Shown: positions 13,890 through 28,067 of the stretch, piece after piece
How positions within the stretch are numbered: the stretch's first letter is position 1
How the letters are laid out: each line of letters starts with the position of its first letter
Assembly (NCBI GenBank): GCA_964016885.1
Contig: OZ024741.1
Span: forward strand, 354,826,001-354,890,000
DNA length: 64,000 bases
Direction of reading: 5' to 3'
Source of the DNA: Eledone cirrhosa
Lineage: Eukaryota
Translations under genes and position numbers: made by a program
Notes under the pieces: model-generated
What the model saw: the letters and a program-made list of their open reading frames with translations, nothing else
Databases searched by the model: none
Told to the model about the DNA's origin: nothing

Positions 13890-14250
13890 CTCTGCTGTAG
13901 TATTTACTGTGAAACTATGTGCAATGCTGCAGTTAATGCAGCAGTATTTACTTTGAAACAACATACATTGCATGCAGCATATTTGCTATGGATAACATGC
14001 AATGCATACAGCAGTCTCTACTGTGAAACAACGTGCAATGCTGCCATGCAAAGCTGCTATTAATGTAGCAGTATTTACTGTGAAACAATGTGCAGTGCTG
14101 CAGTTAATGCAGCAGTATTTACTGTAAAACAATATGCAATGCAGCCATGCAATACTGCTGTTAATGCAGCAGTGTTTACTGTGAAACAATGTGCAATCTG
14201 CAGTTAATGCAGCAGCATTTACTGTGAAACAACATGCAATGCTGCAGTTA
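13890..14250. repeat. Degenerate 44-55-bp minisatellite
   Basis: About seven units of gcagtatttactgtgaaacaatgtgcaatgctgcagttaatgca. Confidence 0.85.
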
Positions 14251-14602
14251 AGTAACAGAGCCGAGTGCAAACTCTTTTTCTCTCTTTTTGTCTGTCTTTC
14301 TCAAATACACATATATAGATATGTACACACACACACACACAAGAAAGTGCATAGCATACTGATTAGAGTGTTGAGCTCATAATCATAAGGTTGTGGGTTT
14401 GATTCTTGCACTGAACGTCATATTGTGTCCTTGAGCAAGTCACTTCATTTCATGTTTCTCCAGCCAACACAGCTGGAGTCAACCTTGTGATGGACTTGTG
14501 TCTTGTAGTCTCGGTTACTTAATGCCAATGAAACTGAGATATACACTTAGTTTGATGAGCCTCTGTTAGGGGTCTTGGGGCAGGCTTTAACCCTTTCATC
14601 AC

Positions 14603-15835
14603 CATCATCATCATCATCATCATCACCGTTTTACGTCCGTTCTTCCACGCTAGCATGGGTTAGACGGGTTGTCCTGTTGTGGGCAGTGTCTGGTCGGCTG
14701 ACCATGCCTTGCTCATACAGGAACTGATTTGGCTTGATTTCTACAGCTGGATGCCCTTCCTAACACCAACCTCATTTACAGTGTGGGCTGGGTGCTTTTT
14801 TACCGTGGCACCTCCACGACCACCTTGCGGTGGGGGGTGTGGGGGCATATTGTCTATATGCTTCAGCTTGTACCCATGGGAGGTCGGGTACTCTGTATTA
14901 CTGCGTGACGCCAGAAGTCACGGTCGTATGTCATTGCCTTCGAGAGGTGTAATTGGGTAAGGTCGGCTTTTATCACCTCATCCCAGGTCATCTTGGGTCT
15001 CCCCACTCCGCGGTTTCCATCAACTTCTAGTGCTCTGCACCTTTTTATGCAGCTGTCATCCTTCATACGCATCACATGTCCATACCAGCGCAACCGCCTC
15101 TCCTGCACGCAGCATTTGATTTCTCTTATAATAATAATAATAATAATGAAATTATTATGCTCAGTCTCTCTCTCAATTCATTTATGCTTTGTCGTTCACG
15201 TATATTACTGTTACACATCCATCGGAGCATGCAGGCTTCGTTTCTCTCTAATCTACGTAAGTCTTCCACCTTCAGCGCCCAGGTCTCACTACCATGCAAC
15301 ATTGCTGTTCGGATACACGCATCATACAGTCTGCCTTTCATTCTGAGGGAGAAGCCTTTTGCAGCTAGCAGTGGTAGTGGTTCCCTAAACTTCTTCCATC
15401 CCGTTCTTACCCTAGTTATTGTACTTTCTGAACACCCACCTCCGCTGCTAATTCGGTCACCTAGGTAGCAGAAGCTGTCTACTGTTTCTACAGAGCCCTC
15501 CCAGAGATTGGTGGTACTTGTTTCCTGTGGCTGTTTGCTGCTTGCTGTCTCAGCACAGCTACTGCATGTGAAGCCTACATTCTTAATTAAGCTTCCTGAG
15601 ATCCCGCTACATCTCTTGTGTACCCATTGTTTGCATTTGGGGCAGAGAATGGAGTTCCTACCTACACCTTTCCTACATACTGAGCAAGGCCATTTCCCTG
15701 AGAGGATCTGGGTTCTGTTTTCTCGTCTACTTACAAGGACCTTAGTCTTTGTCATGTTGACTTTGAGACCCTTTCTTTCTAGTCCCTGCTTCCAAGTTTG
15801 GAATTTATTCTCTAGTTCTACCATAGATTCAGCTA
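14603..15835 (-). mobile_element. 5'-truncated RTE LINE inserted into a TTAA-type MITE
   Basis: ORF pieces (15126-15835, 14863-15108) are nearly identical to the C-terminal half of the 60.5-62.5 kb RTE (PHD-like finger, RTAMLHGSETW, RLRWYGHVMR) and there is an (ATG)n tail. The frame is broken by a (TAA)n insertion at about 15128-15156. The flanks rejoin as ttaaccctttcat.acca|tatttctaataaaatacac, a repeat also seen at about 3478 and 12265. Confidence 0.93.
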
Positions 15836-16419
15836 TATTTCTAATAAAATACACTACCTTTGGTTTTTCAAAAGCTCAAGAATTTTGGAGAGATTTAGTA
15901 ATATAACCAACATTCTTATTATTAAGCTGGAAATAACTTAATGAAGATTTTTACATAAAATTTTTGTGGAAGGTTTTTAGATAAACATAAACACTTTCAA
16001 ATAAACAGTATAGGTATCATAAATCCAAGGATAGTTATGGGCAGTTTGGTGTCAAAAAAATTAAATTTAAGTTTAACACCCCCACCCACTTACACACATG
16101 CACACAAACATGCCCCCACACGGAAGGTTTTTGAATATATATAAACATACACATGCATGTGCATGTGTACAGATACACGCAAATATGCTCACACACATCC
16201 ACACACAATTTACATATGTATATAGGGTTTTAAGTTATTTCATTCAAACTTGTTCTGAATCCAAAGAGTTGTTGTCAAACCTGCTTTTTTATTTTATTTG
16301 TTTGAAGGTTCTTTTTTTGTAGTTTTACAGTTGTTGACTCCCTAAATATTTGTGATGGAGAAAATAGCAAGGAATGTTTGTTTTATTCTGTCTATTTAAG
16401 AAGCTAACTTGTCTCTGCT

Positions 16420-16735
16420 AGAATCATGAAGCTTCTTGCACCTGAGGTTCTTTCTGGATGCCAGAGAGCATTCTCCCACATTGTCTAAGAATTGAGAGAC
16501 TGATAATATAGGTTGCTGATTTTCATGTTCACACACACACACACACTCACCATACATTTTATATATGGCAGGGAGCAAGTCACTTTCTTTCTATTTATAT
16601 ATATGTCCACTGGAACCATGAAGCAGCTTGTGGCTGGGGTTCTACATACCAGAGAGCATTCTTCCACATTGTCCAGGTATATATCATTGAGGTGATGATA
16701 TAGGCTGCTGATAGTCATGTTTACACAGACATACA
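16420..16735. repeat. Degenerate tandem duplication, ~190-bp period
   Basis: gaatcatgaagc...ccagagagcattct.ccacattgtc...gatataggttgctgat...catgtt occurs twice. Confidence 0.7.
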
Positions 16736-19662
16736 CACATACACATGCACATACACACACACACACATACATACACATATTCAAACTAACATTAAATGTA
16801 AAACTTGTCTGTGATGTTTCTATTTTTATTGCCACCTTAACAAGGTGTTGACACACTGTATGATGACAGGTCCAAAGATTGGTGTGGAGTGGCGTTCATC
16901 TTAATATAAAGGCCACAACATTTTTTTCTCTGCTCCCTATTACAATTAGTGAAGGTATGTGGCCTAGTAGTTAGAGTGTTGGACTCACAATCATAAGATC
17001 ATGGGTTCAATTCCTGGACAAGGTGACACATTGTGTTCTTGAGCAAGACATTTCATTTCATGTTGCTCTAATCCATTCAATTGGAAAAAAAGTATCAGCT
17101 GCAACTAGCGGCCACAGACTGGCATCTGCTCCAGAGTGGAGGGAGGAAGTTTTTTTTTCATGAGAAAACAGGAGGACCCTATTATTAATAAACACCCAAG
17201 AAACTGCCTATGTGACAACTTCATAGATGAATAGCTAAACCTAAATAAGTGTGAATTGTATCAACAACTGCTACTACTACTACTACTACTACTACTATGT
17301 CCACCTGACCCTATCTACCTTCTTCAGATTGACAAATTTAACATTCCAAATATTGCAACACATTGTAATTGTTGTCATTTGTGTAGGTGTGTGTGTATTT
17401 ACTAGATTGTGTGTAGCTGTGTGTGTATTTTCTACATTGTATGAGTGTATGTATTTACAAAATTGTGTGAAAGGGCATAAGAAACGGTAAATTGATTGTG
17501 TAATATATGTAATTTTTGTAGTGCACCTGAGCACTGTACACAATAATTTCATTATTATTATTATATTACCTAACACATGTTGATGTAAATGTTTCAACTA
17601 TTTCTTTACTATTTTTAATAAAAGACACTGCCTATGATATTCTATTGTTTTAAATAAATAATAATTTGGAAGGATTTAGTAATATAACTAACTTTCTCAT
17701 TATTTATCTGTTGTGTAGAGAATAACTTGATAAAATTATGATGGAATAATTTAAATAAATATAAACACTGTAAAATAAACAGGGAATTGGCAGAGTTATT
17801 AGAACGTTGCATAGAATGATTCATCATATTAATTCCAGTTCTCTGTGCTCTGAGTTCAACTTTGCCTTTCATCCTTTCGAGGTTGATAAATAAAGTACCA
17901 GTCCAGTACTGTGGTCAATTCTTCCTCCACATCTCTTTTTTACTTTCTCTCTCTCTCCCCATCTCTGGAAAATATCGGCTGTGTTCAGATCTGGATAAGA
18001 ATGGACTTCATGAGGTTTAAATGACAAAGACATGCCATATATGCAATCCTACAACTCAGTGAGGGGTTATGGGCCCATGCATGATTTGCATTGTAGAACT
18101 AGGGATAGTTTCAGGAGGTTTAGTATCAAAAGAGTTAGGCTTCATACACGCACACACACACGTAAATATACCATCACATAGTTCATGGTAACACTCCATG
18201 CACGAAGACAGTATCTCATTAGTACTCACTGTTACCATCATCATCATCATCATATTAAAGTTAGATACACACACACATATATACACTTGTGGACACACAC
18301 ACACACATGTGCATGCACACACACATACAAAATAAGCATAAGAAATCTTCTAAACATCCTTATGATAAGAGATTATCTTGAGTATAGACTTCCTGTGGAA
18401 AACTATTGAAAAAGGGAGATAAGAAGCTTTTCGATTAGGTTTAATTTATCAAGTAGAATATTGCTGCTGGTACTTCAGAAGGTCACACACACATGCATTT
18501 ACACGTATGTACACACATGTACTTACACATACAACAGCAGCATTTAAATAGGGAGGTATTTAAAGATATTCTATACTTGAAAACAGGACAAAGATACAGG
18601 ATACTATACATGCACACTATCTTTTCCCTACTTAATATTACCATAATTTATCAATATTGTTATTTAACTGTATTTTAGAATGTTATGTGTATGTGTAAAG
18701 CAGCCTGGGTCAATATTCCATGGGCTACTGTCCTTTATCCTAGTGAATTTAGGTATTCTCAGATCCCAAATAATAGAGATGGGGGAATAAGGTTGGAATA
18801 AGTGGGGAAAGGGATCAGTAATCTTTCTAGGTTGTCTCAGTCGATTTTTTTTTTTAAACTAGAATTAGTTGTTTAATTTACATATTGAGACCCTACTCCA
18901 TCCTATTTATTTTATAACATGTGGGATTTCTAGTTATGTACTTTTTTGTCATGTATAATGTTTTTTAATGTATAAAGAAAATGAATTGCCATAGGAATGC
19001 TATGCTACCACTTAAAATAAAATTTTGCCAGAGATAATTAGCAAAATGTAATGGGGGAGGGAGGTGTTTGAGACCCAAGAGTAGATGGCAATTATTTGAA
19101 AGCTTGTCAGATGGACTGTACCTGTAATTCAAAGGGCCTGCCTTGTCACACTCCATGTCATGCTGAATTCCCCTAAGAATTATGTTAAAAGTACCCATCT
19201 GTGGAATGCTCAAACACTTACGTGTTAAGTTCATAAGTAGGCTGTTCCATAACTCAAACAACTGCAACACTGTCTACTTATAAAGATACTGTTAACATTT
19301 GAATTTACAAACCACGTAAGCATGACATTCTTGAAAAATACAAAACACTATGACAACATCATATTAAAATATAAGTATTTACCCTAATACTGCAAATGTT
19401 CTCCACTAGTAAAGATACTATAAACTTTTGAATGAACAAATTTGGATATTTTCTGCAAAAATTATTATAGGATGTTATGAGTTAAATATCTCTATTAATC
19501 CTTTTTTGTTATCTTATGTTATGATGCCCTCCAGGTGTTTTGTTTTTGCAATGTCTGGCTTACTTCTGTTGTTATGGCTTTCTATGATTGTTTAGATGCT
19601 CTGTTCATTGTTTTCAACAATCTTGTCCATGGTAATTCCTTTACCACCAATACTCTTCTCTC

Positions 19663-19699
<37 letters not shown>

Positions 19700-19700
<1 letters not shown>

Positions 19701-20570
19701 TTGGCAGTCATTGCAGTGTCACACAAATGCTTACGAGTATTTGTTCCAGCTCTCTACATTCCGAGTTCAAATTCCGCTGAGGTCAACTTCGCCTTTCATC
19801 CTTCCAGGGTTGATAAAATAAAGTACCAGTCAAGTACTGAGGTTGATATAATCAACTTTCTCCTTCCCACAAATTGCAGGCCTTGTGCCTAGATAAGAAA
19901 TAATTAGTAATGTTTGAAATAATAATAATGGTTTCTGATTTCGGCACAAGGCCAACAATTTTGAAGGAGGGGAAAATTGATTAAATGAACTCCAGTGTGT
20001 TACTGGTACTTTATTTTATAAATCTGGTAAGGATAAACAGCAAAGCTAACCTCAGTAGGATTTGAACTCAGAACATAAAGAGACATAACTATATGCCACA
20101 AATTATGTCCAATGCTCTACCGATACTGCCAATCCCCTGCCCTTATAATAATTGTTTCTACTTTAGGCACAAGGCCAGCAATTATCCAGTGTATTACTGG
20201 TACTTTATTTTATCAACCCCCGTAAGGATGAAAGGCAAAGTTAACCTCGGCAGGATTTGAACTCAGAATGGCAAGGGCCGTAACTCTATACTGCAAAGCA
20301 TGGCATCCGACCCTCTACCGGTACTGCCAATCCACCGCCCTTATATAATTTATTATTATATAACAATATAACAAAGGACTGTGAATTGGCAGTATCGGTG
20401 GATGGTCAGACGCCATGCTTTCCAGCATAGTTACATCCCTTTACGGTCTGAGTTCAAATCTCGTTGAGGTTAATTTTGCCTTTCTTCCTTACAGGGTCGA
20501 TAAAATAAAGTACCAGTAACGTACTGTGTAATTGCTGGCCTTGTGCCAAAAGTAGAAACAATTATTATAT
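19700..20570. mobile_element. Cluster of four Deu/Nin-type SINEs in +,-,-,+ orientation
   Basis: Copies at about 19700-19892(+), 19930-20145(-), 20150-20342(-) and 20380-20565(+). Confidence 0.8.
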
Positions 20571-21459
20571 AACAAATGAAGCAGAGATTTAAATTAGATT
20601 TTGTTCCGTAGATCATTATTCCACATTCAAAGTTATGCCAGGCTAAACCTTGCCGTTTTATGTCTCTAAAAAATAAAACTTGATTATAAAAGAATCATAA
20701 TTTTTCTCAACCCCCCTCCCCATTATCCCTGTTCTCCTATGGAATTGATTTTGTTCTTAGTCAACTGTTCCTTCCTCTTTGGAATAGTCCTTTGTCTATT
20801 TCAACACTGTGTGCTGGTTGTCCAATCAAGGAAACAGCCTGCTCATTCCACAGACATGTATACTCTTAACGTAATTCTCAGGGAGATTCAGCATGACACA
20901 GTGTGTGACAAGGCTGACCCCTTTCAATTACAGATACAGTCTATCCAACAGGCTTCCAAAAAGTTTCCATCTACCCAATTTCACTCACAAGGCATGGATT
21001 GACCCAAAGTTATGGTAAATATCACATGACCAAGATGCCACACATTTGGATCAAACCCAATACCTAATAATTGCAAAGTGAAATTCTTAACCATTCAGCC
21101 ATGATGCTAGTGTGTATCTACTAACAAAAATTATAATGGTCTTATCTCATGATGTCTTTACATCTCCAAATTTTGTAAATATTTATTTAAAGTTTCTTCT
21201 AGAATTTTTCTTTTGGGGAGACAGATCTTTTCGAAGAATACTTTTTCTTTTTAATAAATGACAATAAATAACAATAAAAATGAATAAAATTAATTGTGTT
21301 AATTATTGTAATTGAAATTCACTGTGGTCCAATACATATAATTTGTATGTGTCTCATGTCTGTCTCTAATTTAAGACACATTTTCATTTTATAACAATAA
21401 TCTTACACTTGTAAAGTGTTTTGTTAATGTTGCTTCGGTTGGTGTTGTTACTGGTGCTG

Positions 21460-21512
<53 letters not shown>

Positions 21513-22234
21513 ACAAATGTTTTATAAATATCCAAGGGCTTAGAGCACTCAGTCCATAGGACAAGTTAAGTATGATTAGTTACAACAGTGACATATAGAG
21601 GTACATATAGAGATTTCATTGGGCTGTTTACCCCAACAAAACATTTATATATATCTATATAGTTTTTATTATTATTCTCTATATAAGGATTAGTTCTACA
21701 GGAACATCAGTGAATTATCAACAAATTTGTGCTTACAAAACAAATGCACAATATGTATATATATATATATATACTTGAATATAAGTTGATCCATTTATAA
21801 GCTGACCCTGTAGTTTATGTATGAGAAATAGGTAAAACTCCTCCAAATCAATAATAATTTAGGACTTCTTTTACATAGAATTTTGAAGTTAGTGAAGATT
21901 GTCAAAATATTCATTTCAAATATAAGACAAATCCCCATATTACCATCAATTTTTTTTGTCATATTTCTTGGCTTATATATGAGTATATACAATATATGTA
22001 TGTGAAAAGTATATGGAAAACCACAACAGATGATGAGGTTCAATAAAGATATATATTAGTTTCATGCTTAATATAGTAGACACTATTTTTTGGACACTAA
22101 TCCTTCATCAGAATATAGAATGAGAAATTAAAGAAGAAATAGGAAGATAGAGGAGAGTGAGCAGGGGCAAAAACGAAAAAGCAGGTCTGTTCATTTTGCC
22201 ATCTCTATATGTATGTATATATGTATATGTATAA

Positions 22235-22570
22235 GTAAGGTAAAGAGCCCCTTTCAGTCATGAATGACCATGGGATTTGCACCTAGAACGATCCCCTCAG
22301 AGGCACAAGTCCAGGCAGAGTTGTTTGTGGAAGACCAGTAGTCGCCCATGCATACCATCCTTCTCTTTCCACACCACCGATGTTTTCCAAGGGAAAGGCA
22401 ATAGCCGATACAGCTTGACATCGCAATTCATTTCTACAGCTGAGTAAACTGGAGCAACGTGAAATAAAGTGACTTGTTGAAGGACATAACGCATCACCCA
22501 GTCCGAGAATCAAACTCACAACCTCCCGATTGCAAGCCTAATTATCTAACCACTAAGCCATGCGCCTTCA
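22235..22570 (-). mobile_element. tRNA-derived SINE, second family
   Basis: Minus strand reads gaaggcgcatggcttagtggttaga...gagtttgattctcggac...tgtccttcaac..cactttatttcacgttgctccagtttactcagctg. Related copies at about 14345-14565(+), 16950-17130(+), 23420-23745(-) and 34925-35190(+). Confidence 0.75.
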
Positions 22571-25222
22571 CATATATAAAAGTAACAGGACATAGTGTGC
22601 TGTGTGAGCTATGAGTGGGGTAAGTATTAGCGGGTTGTGTCACTGTGTGATGTAATGTCCAGGGAGTATATAACTGCAATCTGAACACTCGGCAACCCCG
22701 AAGATTTTATTTGCTTCAATGAGAGAACTCTTTTTCATATCTTGTCCTAGTGCAATGAAAAAGTACACTTGTATATTCTGCAATGTGGTTGACGATAATA
22801 AGGGAATCAAGCTGTAGAAAACTTGCCAAAAATGAAATGTATTGTTCAAAACGTAGCACTCCATTCTGTCTGGAAGGAAGCTGTAATCTCTGATTTAGTA
22901 CTGACTTGAGCTGTATCAACCTATCTAACCCATGGCAACAATGATGATGATGTTTGACTTAACTCTCACTTAGAAGATATATGACTGAGTTGATTGCTTG
23001 TCAGATCACCAGCTTGTAACCAAAGTGACAACACCATTCTCTCTCTCTCTCTCTTCAGCCCACTCTCCCTACAGCCAGCTCTCCTACATCAATCATACCC
23101 AATCATGACTTCCGTCTCTTCTCCTATCTTCCTGCCTAGCCTGTCATCATCTCTAAAACTCCACTGTTTCCCAGTGTCTCTACAGACATTTTTCTATTAA
23201 ATAGATAACACACTGGTTCTCCTGCCTTCTTGTCTAGCCTGTCACCATCTCTACAACTCCAGCATTTCCTTTGCTTCCACAGACATCCCTCCATTACACA
23301 GACAATCCTCTGACACTTCAAATGTCACAGCCACTCCTGGCAGTCACCATTTCCTCTAAGAGTACTTGTTGCTGATAAGTAGTTCATGAGAAAAAAGGGA
23401 ATACACTATTGTGTATATGTATGTTGGACCTCCAGCTGTTTTGACGATGAGTGCTCAAGTTGATTTAATCAATGGAACAGCTTGCTCATAAAATTTACTT
23501 GCAAGTGTCTGAGCATCCCACAGACACATGCACCCTTAACATAGTTCTCAGAGTGATTCAACATGACAATGGGTGTGACAAAGCAGGTCCTTTAAATTAC
23601 AGGTACAACTTAATTTTGTTAGCTCAATGGGCTGGAGCAACATGAAACAAAGTATCTTGCTCAAGAGCACAACTTGCTGTTGGGAATTGAACTGATGACC
23701 TTATGATAATGAGCTAATTACCCTAATAACTAAACTATGCCCTTTCACATATATGCTATCAAGTTTTTGCAAACTTCCAGGTTATTGGTTTTGATTTCAA
23801 ATACTCTACAAGTATTATATTGTTGGATAACAATTGATTCAAGAATATGCTAACTGAGTTACCTTTGGGATCACAAAGATTGATATGACCTGAGCTTATC
23901 TCCAGTTACATGGCATTAAGCAGTTGAGTGATTATTCTCTTGGATAGGATACTGGTTTATGAGAGCTAGTTTTCCTACAGGAGGAATTGAACTCAACACT
24001 GTAAATCAACAGCACTGCTATTGCATGAAATAGTAAGTTGTTTCTATCATGTACCTATTAATAAGCTAGACATACCAATTTTAAAATGTTAGTCTCCTGG
24101 CCACTGACACAATACAGTGTTGAGGACATGATATGAATTGCTGACCTCTCAGCTAGTTGATCTGGAGCTAAACAATAATTTGTATGTTATTGGTACTGGA
24201 GGGATGAGAAACAAAATTAGTTTTAGTTGGAGTTGAACTCCAGAATTTAATAGATGTAACTAAATGTTGTTTTCTAATATAGACATAAAGTCAGTGAATT
24301 GGTAGAGTCGTTAGAACAGTGGATAGAATAATTTGTGGTATTTATTCTGGCTCTCTGACCTAAGGGTTCAAATTCACTGAAGGCAACTTAATCTTTCATC
24401 TTTTCAAGGTCAATAAAAAAGTGCCAGTCCAGGGATAGACTCCCCCCCACTCTCTCTCTGGAAGAAATCAGCTATGTTTACACCTGGAGAGGAAGGTAGG
24501 GTCAGTCAGGTTTAAAATGCCCAAGATGCAGTATGACATTTTGGTGTTCATACAACTCAATCAGGAGTTACATGTCAATATATATAATACCGACACAATA
24601 TCCTGAATTTGAAGTTAATTAAGTGTAGTTAATTAGATCAACTAGTACTTCTTTTATCGATTTGGGAGAATGAAAAGCAAAGTTGCAAACTGTACAATTT
24701 CTACTAATCTCATTCCCTTCTTTTACAGTTTAGTCAGGGTGGGAAGATCAGTGCTCTTGATACTTTACAAGACCTCTGAGACAGATGGAAGGTATGGATG
24801 GATGAAAATATCCTTAAACTGGAGACCGGACCCAAATACTTGCCATAGAGTGGCTTCTTCTAAAGGCTCCCCAGAGCCAAATGGTGGTGTTTTAAACTCA
24901 GTGACAGATTAAGTCTACCACAAAATTTGAGGAAGAAGGATGTATAGAATGTTATATTGATTTTCAGCATGTGGCCCTTTAGAATAGCTGCATCATATTC
25001 TTGCATGTTGTAAGAAACACCTAAATGGATTGGTGTCAGGAAGTGCATCCAGCTGTAAAATATTACCTTAAAAAGTCCTGTCCAACTCATGCCAGCATGG
25101 AAAACTCGATATAAAAACGATGTTGATGATGATGATGATGATGTTGAACAATTTTACACCATTTGAGGGAATGGTTATAATCACTATATCGATTTACAAC
25201 ATATGTGCAACACATCAAGTCT

Positions 25223-25266
<44 letters not shown>

Positions 25267-26099
25267 AGAGTAGGAATTTTATGGAACTCTGTTATCTACT
25301 TATAAATGTGTACTACATAATTACATGGTTTTTGTTAAATTTCATTCCCTAGAATGATTGGTGCTATGATGTAGTGGAGAGAATGACATTACTATTGATA
25401 CACATGCCACTGTTAGCAGTAAATATTGCATTGTATACAATATATATATTACTTGACCTTCTAGGTGATCTTTCAACTTGCTAGAAATAGCGACTAAATA
25501 TATCTCTAATCAAACATTACTATTTTATAAAAGTACATATTGGATAAAGGAGTCTGAGGTATACTATGCTTGAAAAGAAAAGAAAAAGGGTGTACAGCCT
25601 ACAGTTGTCCCAACAACCTTTGCTTCTGTTAAGGCAGAGTAGGAAGGGAATATTCATGACACTTTTCAGGGTCTCTAAGACTGGTGGGAGAGAGGAAGGA
25701 AGGTATCCTCAAACTGAAGTCTTGGTCGAAATGCTTGCAACAGGGTAAACTCTGCAAAATCTGTAATTTTTCTAGGCTGTCTCCCTTGACTTTTTTTTTT
25801 TTTAAACAGAATTAGTCGTTTAGTTTACATATTGAAATCCCCAACCCATCCTATTTATTTTATAACGTATCTTGTAATGTTTTTTTTTTCTTTTTTTTTG
25901 TCGTGTATATTTTTTAATGTCTTAAAAAAAATTAATTATCGCAGGAATACTAGCACTCAAAATAAAATTTTGCCGGAGATAGATTAGCAAAATTTAATAA
26001 GCAGAGGTGGGGTGTCTGAAAAATTAATAGGGTTGGGAGGACGATTAGTTATTAAAAACATCTGCGATTTTTATTACAAGGTAGACAACTCTATTTAAA

Positions 26100-26614
26100 T
26101 TAAGTTGGACAGAAAGTTCTCGCCGTTTTTTAATTTTTTTATTTTCTTATTGCAAGTAAATGATTGAGGTTGATTGTTTTCAATGCTCCAAGCGCTTCGG
26201 AGAGTTGGCATGACGTCTGGCGTGGGTAGGCTTCCACCAGCTCCCACAGTTGCTCGTCATTAAAGTCGGATGGACGTCCAACGCGAGGTAGAACTTCAAG
26301 TCTGTAATCACTGGAATGGAAGCGGCAAACCAGTATCTGGCACTGCGTTCAAACACGGTGTGTGACCCAAATGCATTGTTAATGCGATAACTCCATGCTG
26401 CTGTGCTTAGGCAAGATTTGAAGTCATAAAGTAAACAGGTAGGAATAAATGATTTGGATAGATCCAAGTTGCTTCCTCTTAAGTGACATAACAGAAAAAG
26501 AGAAATACACATAGTCACTTCTTAAATATATTCGCATATGTAGCCTTCAACATTTCTAGAAAACTACCAAAATACATCCTTTTAAAAACCGCTGCAATTT
26601 TCTGTCCAGCCCAA
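26100..26614 (-). mobile_element. Internally deleted mariner (Tc1/mariner) element with an N-terminal transposase remnant
   Basis: Imperfect TIRs ttaagttggacagaaag..gccgttttt / aaaaaccgc..ttttctgtccagcccaa|ta. The minus strand encodes LLYDFKS..INNAFGSHTVFERSARYWF, then after a frameshift PRVGRPSDFNDEQLWELVEAYPRQTSCQLSEALG (Mos1-type HTH region). Confidence 0.85.
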
Positions 26615-27449
26615 TAGTTCAAGGGAGACAACTTCCGAATATTTGCAGGTGAGGTTACTGCATCCGTAGCCGAACGGAATAGAATTCTAAAATATATTTT
26701 TCAGGCTGCGGCATTCAAGATATTTGGGGGTGAGAGGGAAGCTAATAAAGAAGTTTTTATTATTGTTGGTGGTTCGCCTTACTGATATATCAAATGCTGT
26801 CCTCAAAGGTGGTCGGTTATTCTAGCGTCGTAGCTTGGCTATCATCCGCAGTAATGATGCATGTGTGTTGGTTAGTCTAAAAAAGTATTAAAGGGAAACT
26901 CCAGCTCCCTTTATTGTGAGTGTGAGGGTCTTCCCTCTTCATTTTTGTTGTTGTTCTTTTTCAATACTGTACGTATATGTGAAAGAACGACAACGATGAC
27001 GCCGCCGACGACAGTGACGATGACGGCAATGATGAGGACGACAACGACGTTGTTGGTGAGGGTGATGACATTTAACCCTTTGACTAACATAACTATTATC
27101 TGTAGTTCAGCCATGACCAACAATCTTTCGGCAAGGAACGGTCTTTTTAGTTTGGGTTTTTGGTTTTTTTTAGACTGTAGTGCATGAGAAAGATTGACTG
27201 TTTTTTCTAGTGGTGTAGGATGTCGTATACACTGCTTTACTTACTGCCAATACTGTGTATTGGAGAGGGGCATTATTTCCATTACATCACGATACCAAAT
27301 GGTATATTTGTTTATTAGATATGGAGATATATTGAATTATCTGCTTATAATCTATAAATTGTGATTCGTGGCAGGCAGTTTGTAAGTGTGTAAAGCTAGT
27401 TATAGACCCAGACTAGATGTAAAATATATTTGCACCCCCCATCCCCACT

Positions 27450-27720
27450 CTAAGTTGGTAATAGATTAAAGCCAGATATGAAATACAAGCATCCACATCT
27501 GTTAATAGGCATTGGCCAGATGTGAAATGTAGGATTCCAAGGCTCATAATAGGTTCAAGCCAGATGAAAAATGGGAGCACACAAAGCTGGCAATAGGACT
27601 AGTAAAGAATGTGAAATGTAAGCTCCCAAAGCTGGTAATAGGACCAGGAAAGAATGTGAATTGAACGCTCTTGAAACTGGTAATAGGCTCTGATAAGATG
27701 TAAAATGTATGCCCCATTTC
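27450..27720. repeat. Degenerate ~44-bp minisatellite, about 6 copies
   Basis: Recurring gctggtaataggac.ag..agaatgtgaaatgtaagc.cccaaa. Confidence 0.7.
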
Positions 27721-27847
27721 AAACAGTGCATTAAGTATTTTTTTGTAATCAACACTAAATACATATGATTTATGTGTGGGCTAATGTACAGGATGTACTC
27801 ATAACTAACAGAACAGAATAATGCTATTTAATGTAATTATGAATTAA

Positions 27848-28067
27848 CCCTTTAGCATTCACATTATTTTATATATACTATTATATTTTCATGGTAAAGG
27901 CTTTACCTCACATAATTATCTCGCATAATATTGAATCTATGAGATTTTGAAAGTATTTATTTTGAGAACAATACCTTAACATCAGTTTGAGCGACCAGTT
28001 ACAGCCAGTTTCAACAGAAAGAGGTAGAGAATTCTGGCCGGTTTTGGCCGGTTTGAACATTAAAGGG
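27848..28067. mobile_element. piggyBac-type MITE (TTAA), same family as 7952-8172
   Basis: TTAA|CCCTTTAGCATTCA ... TGAACATTAAAGGG|TTAA. Confidence 0.85.
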
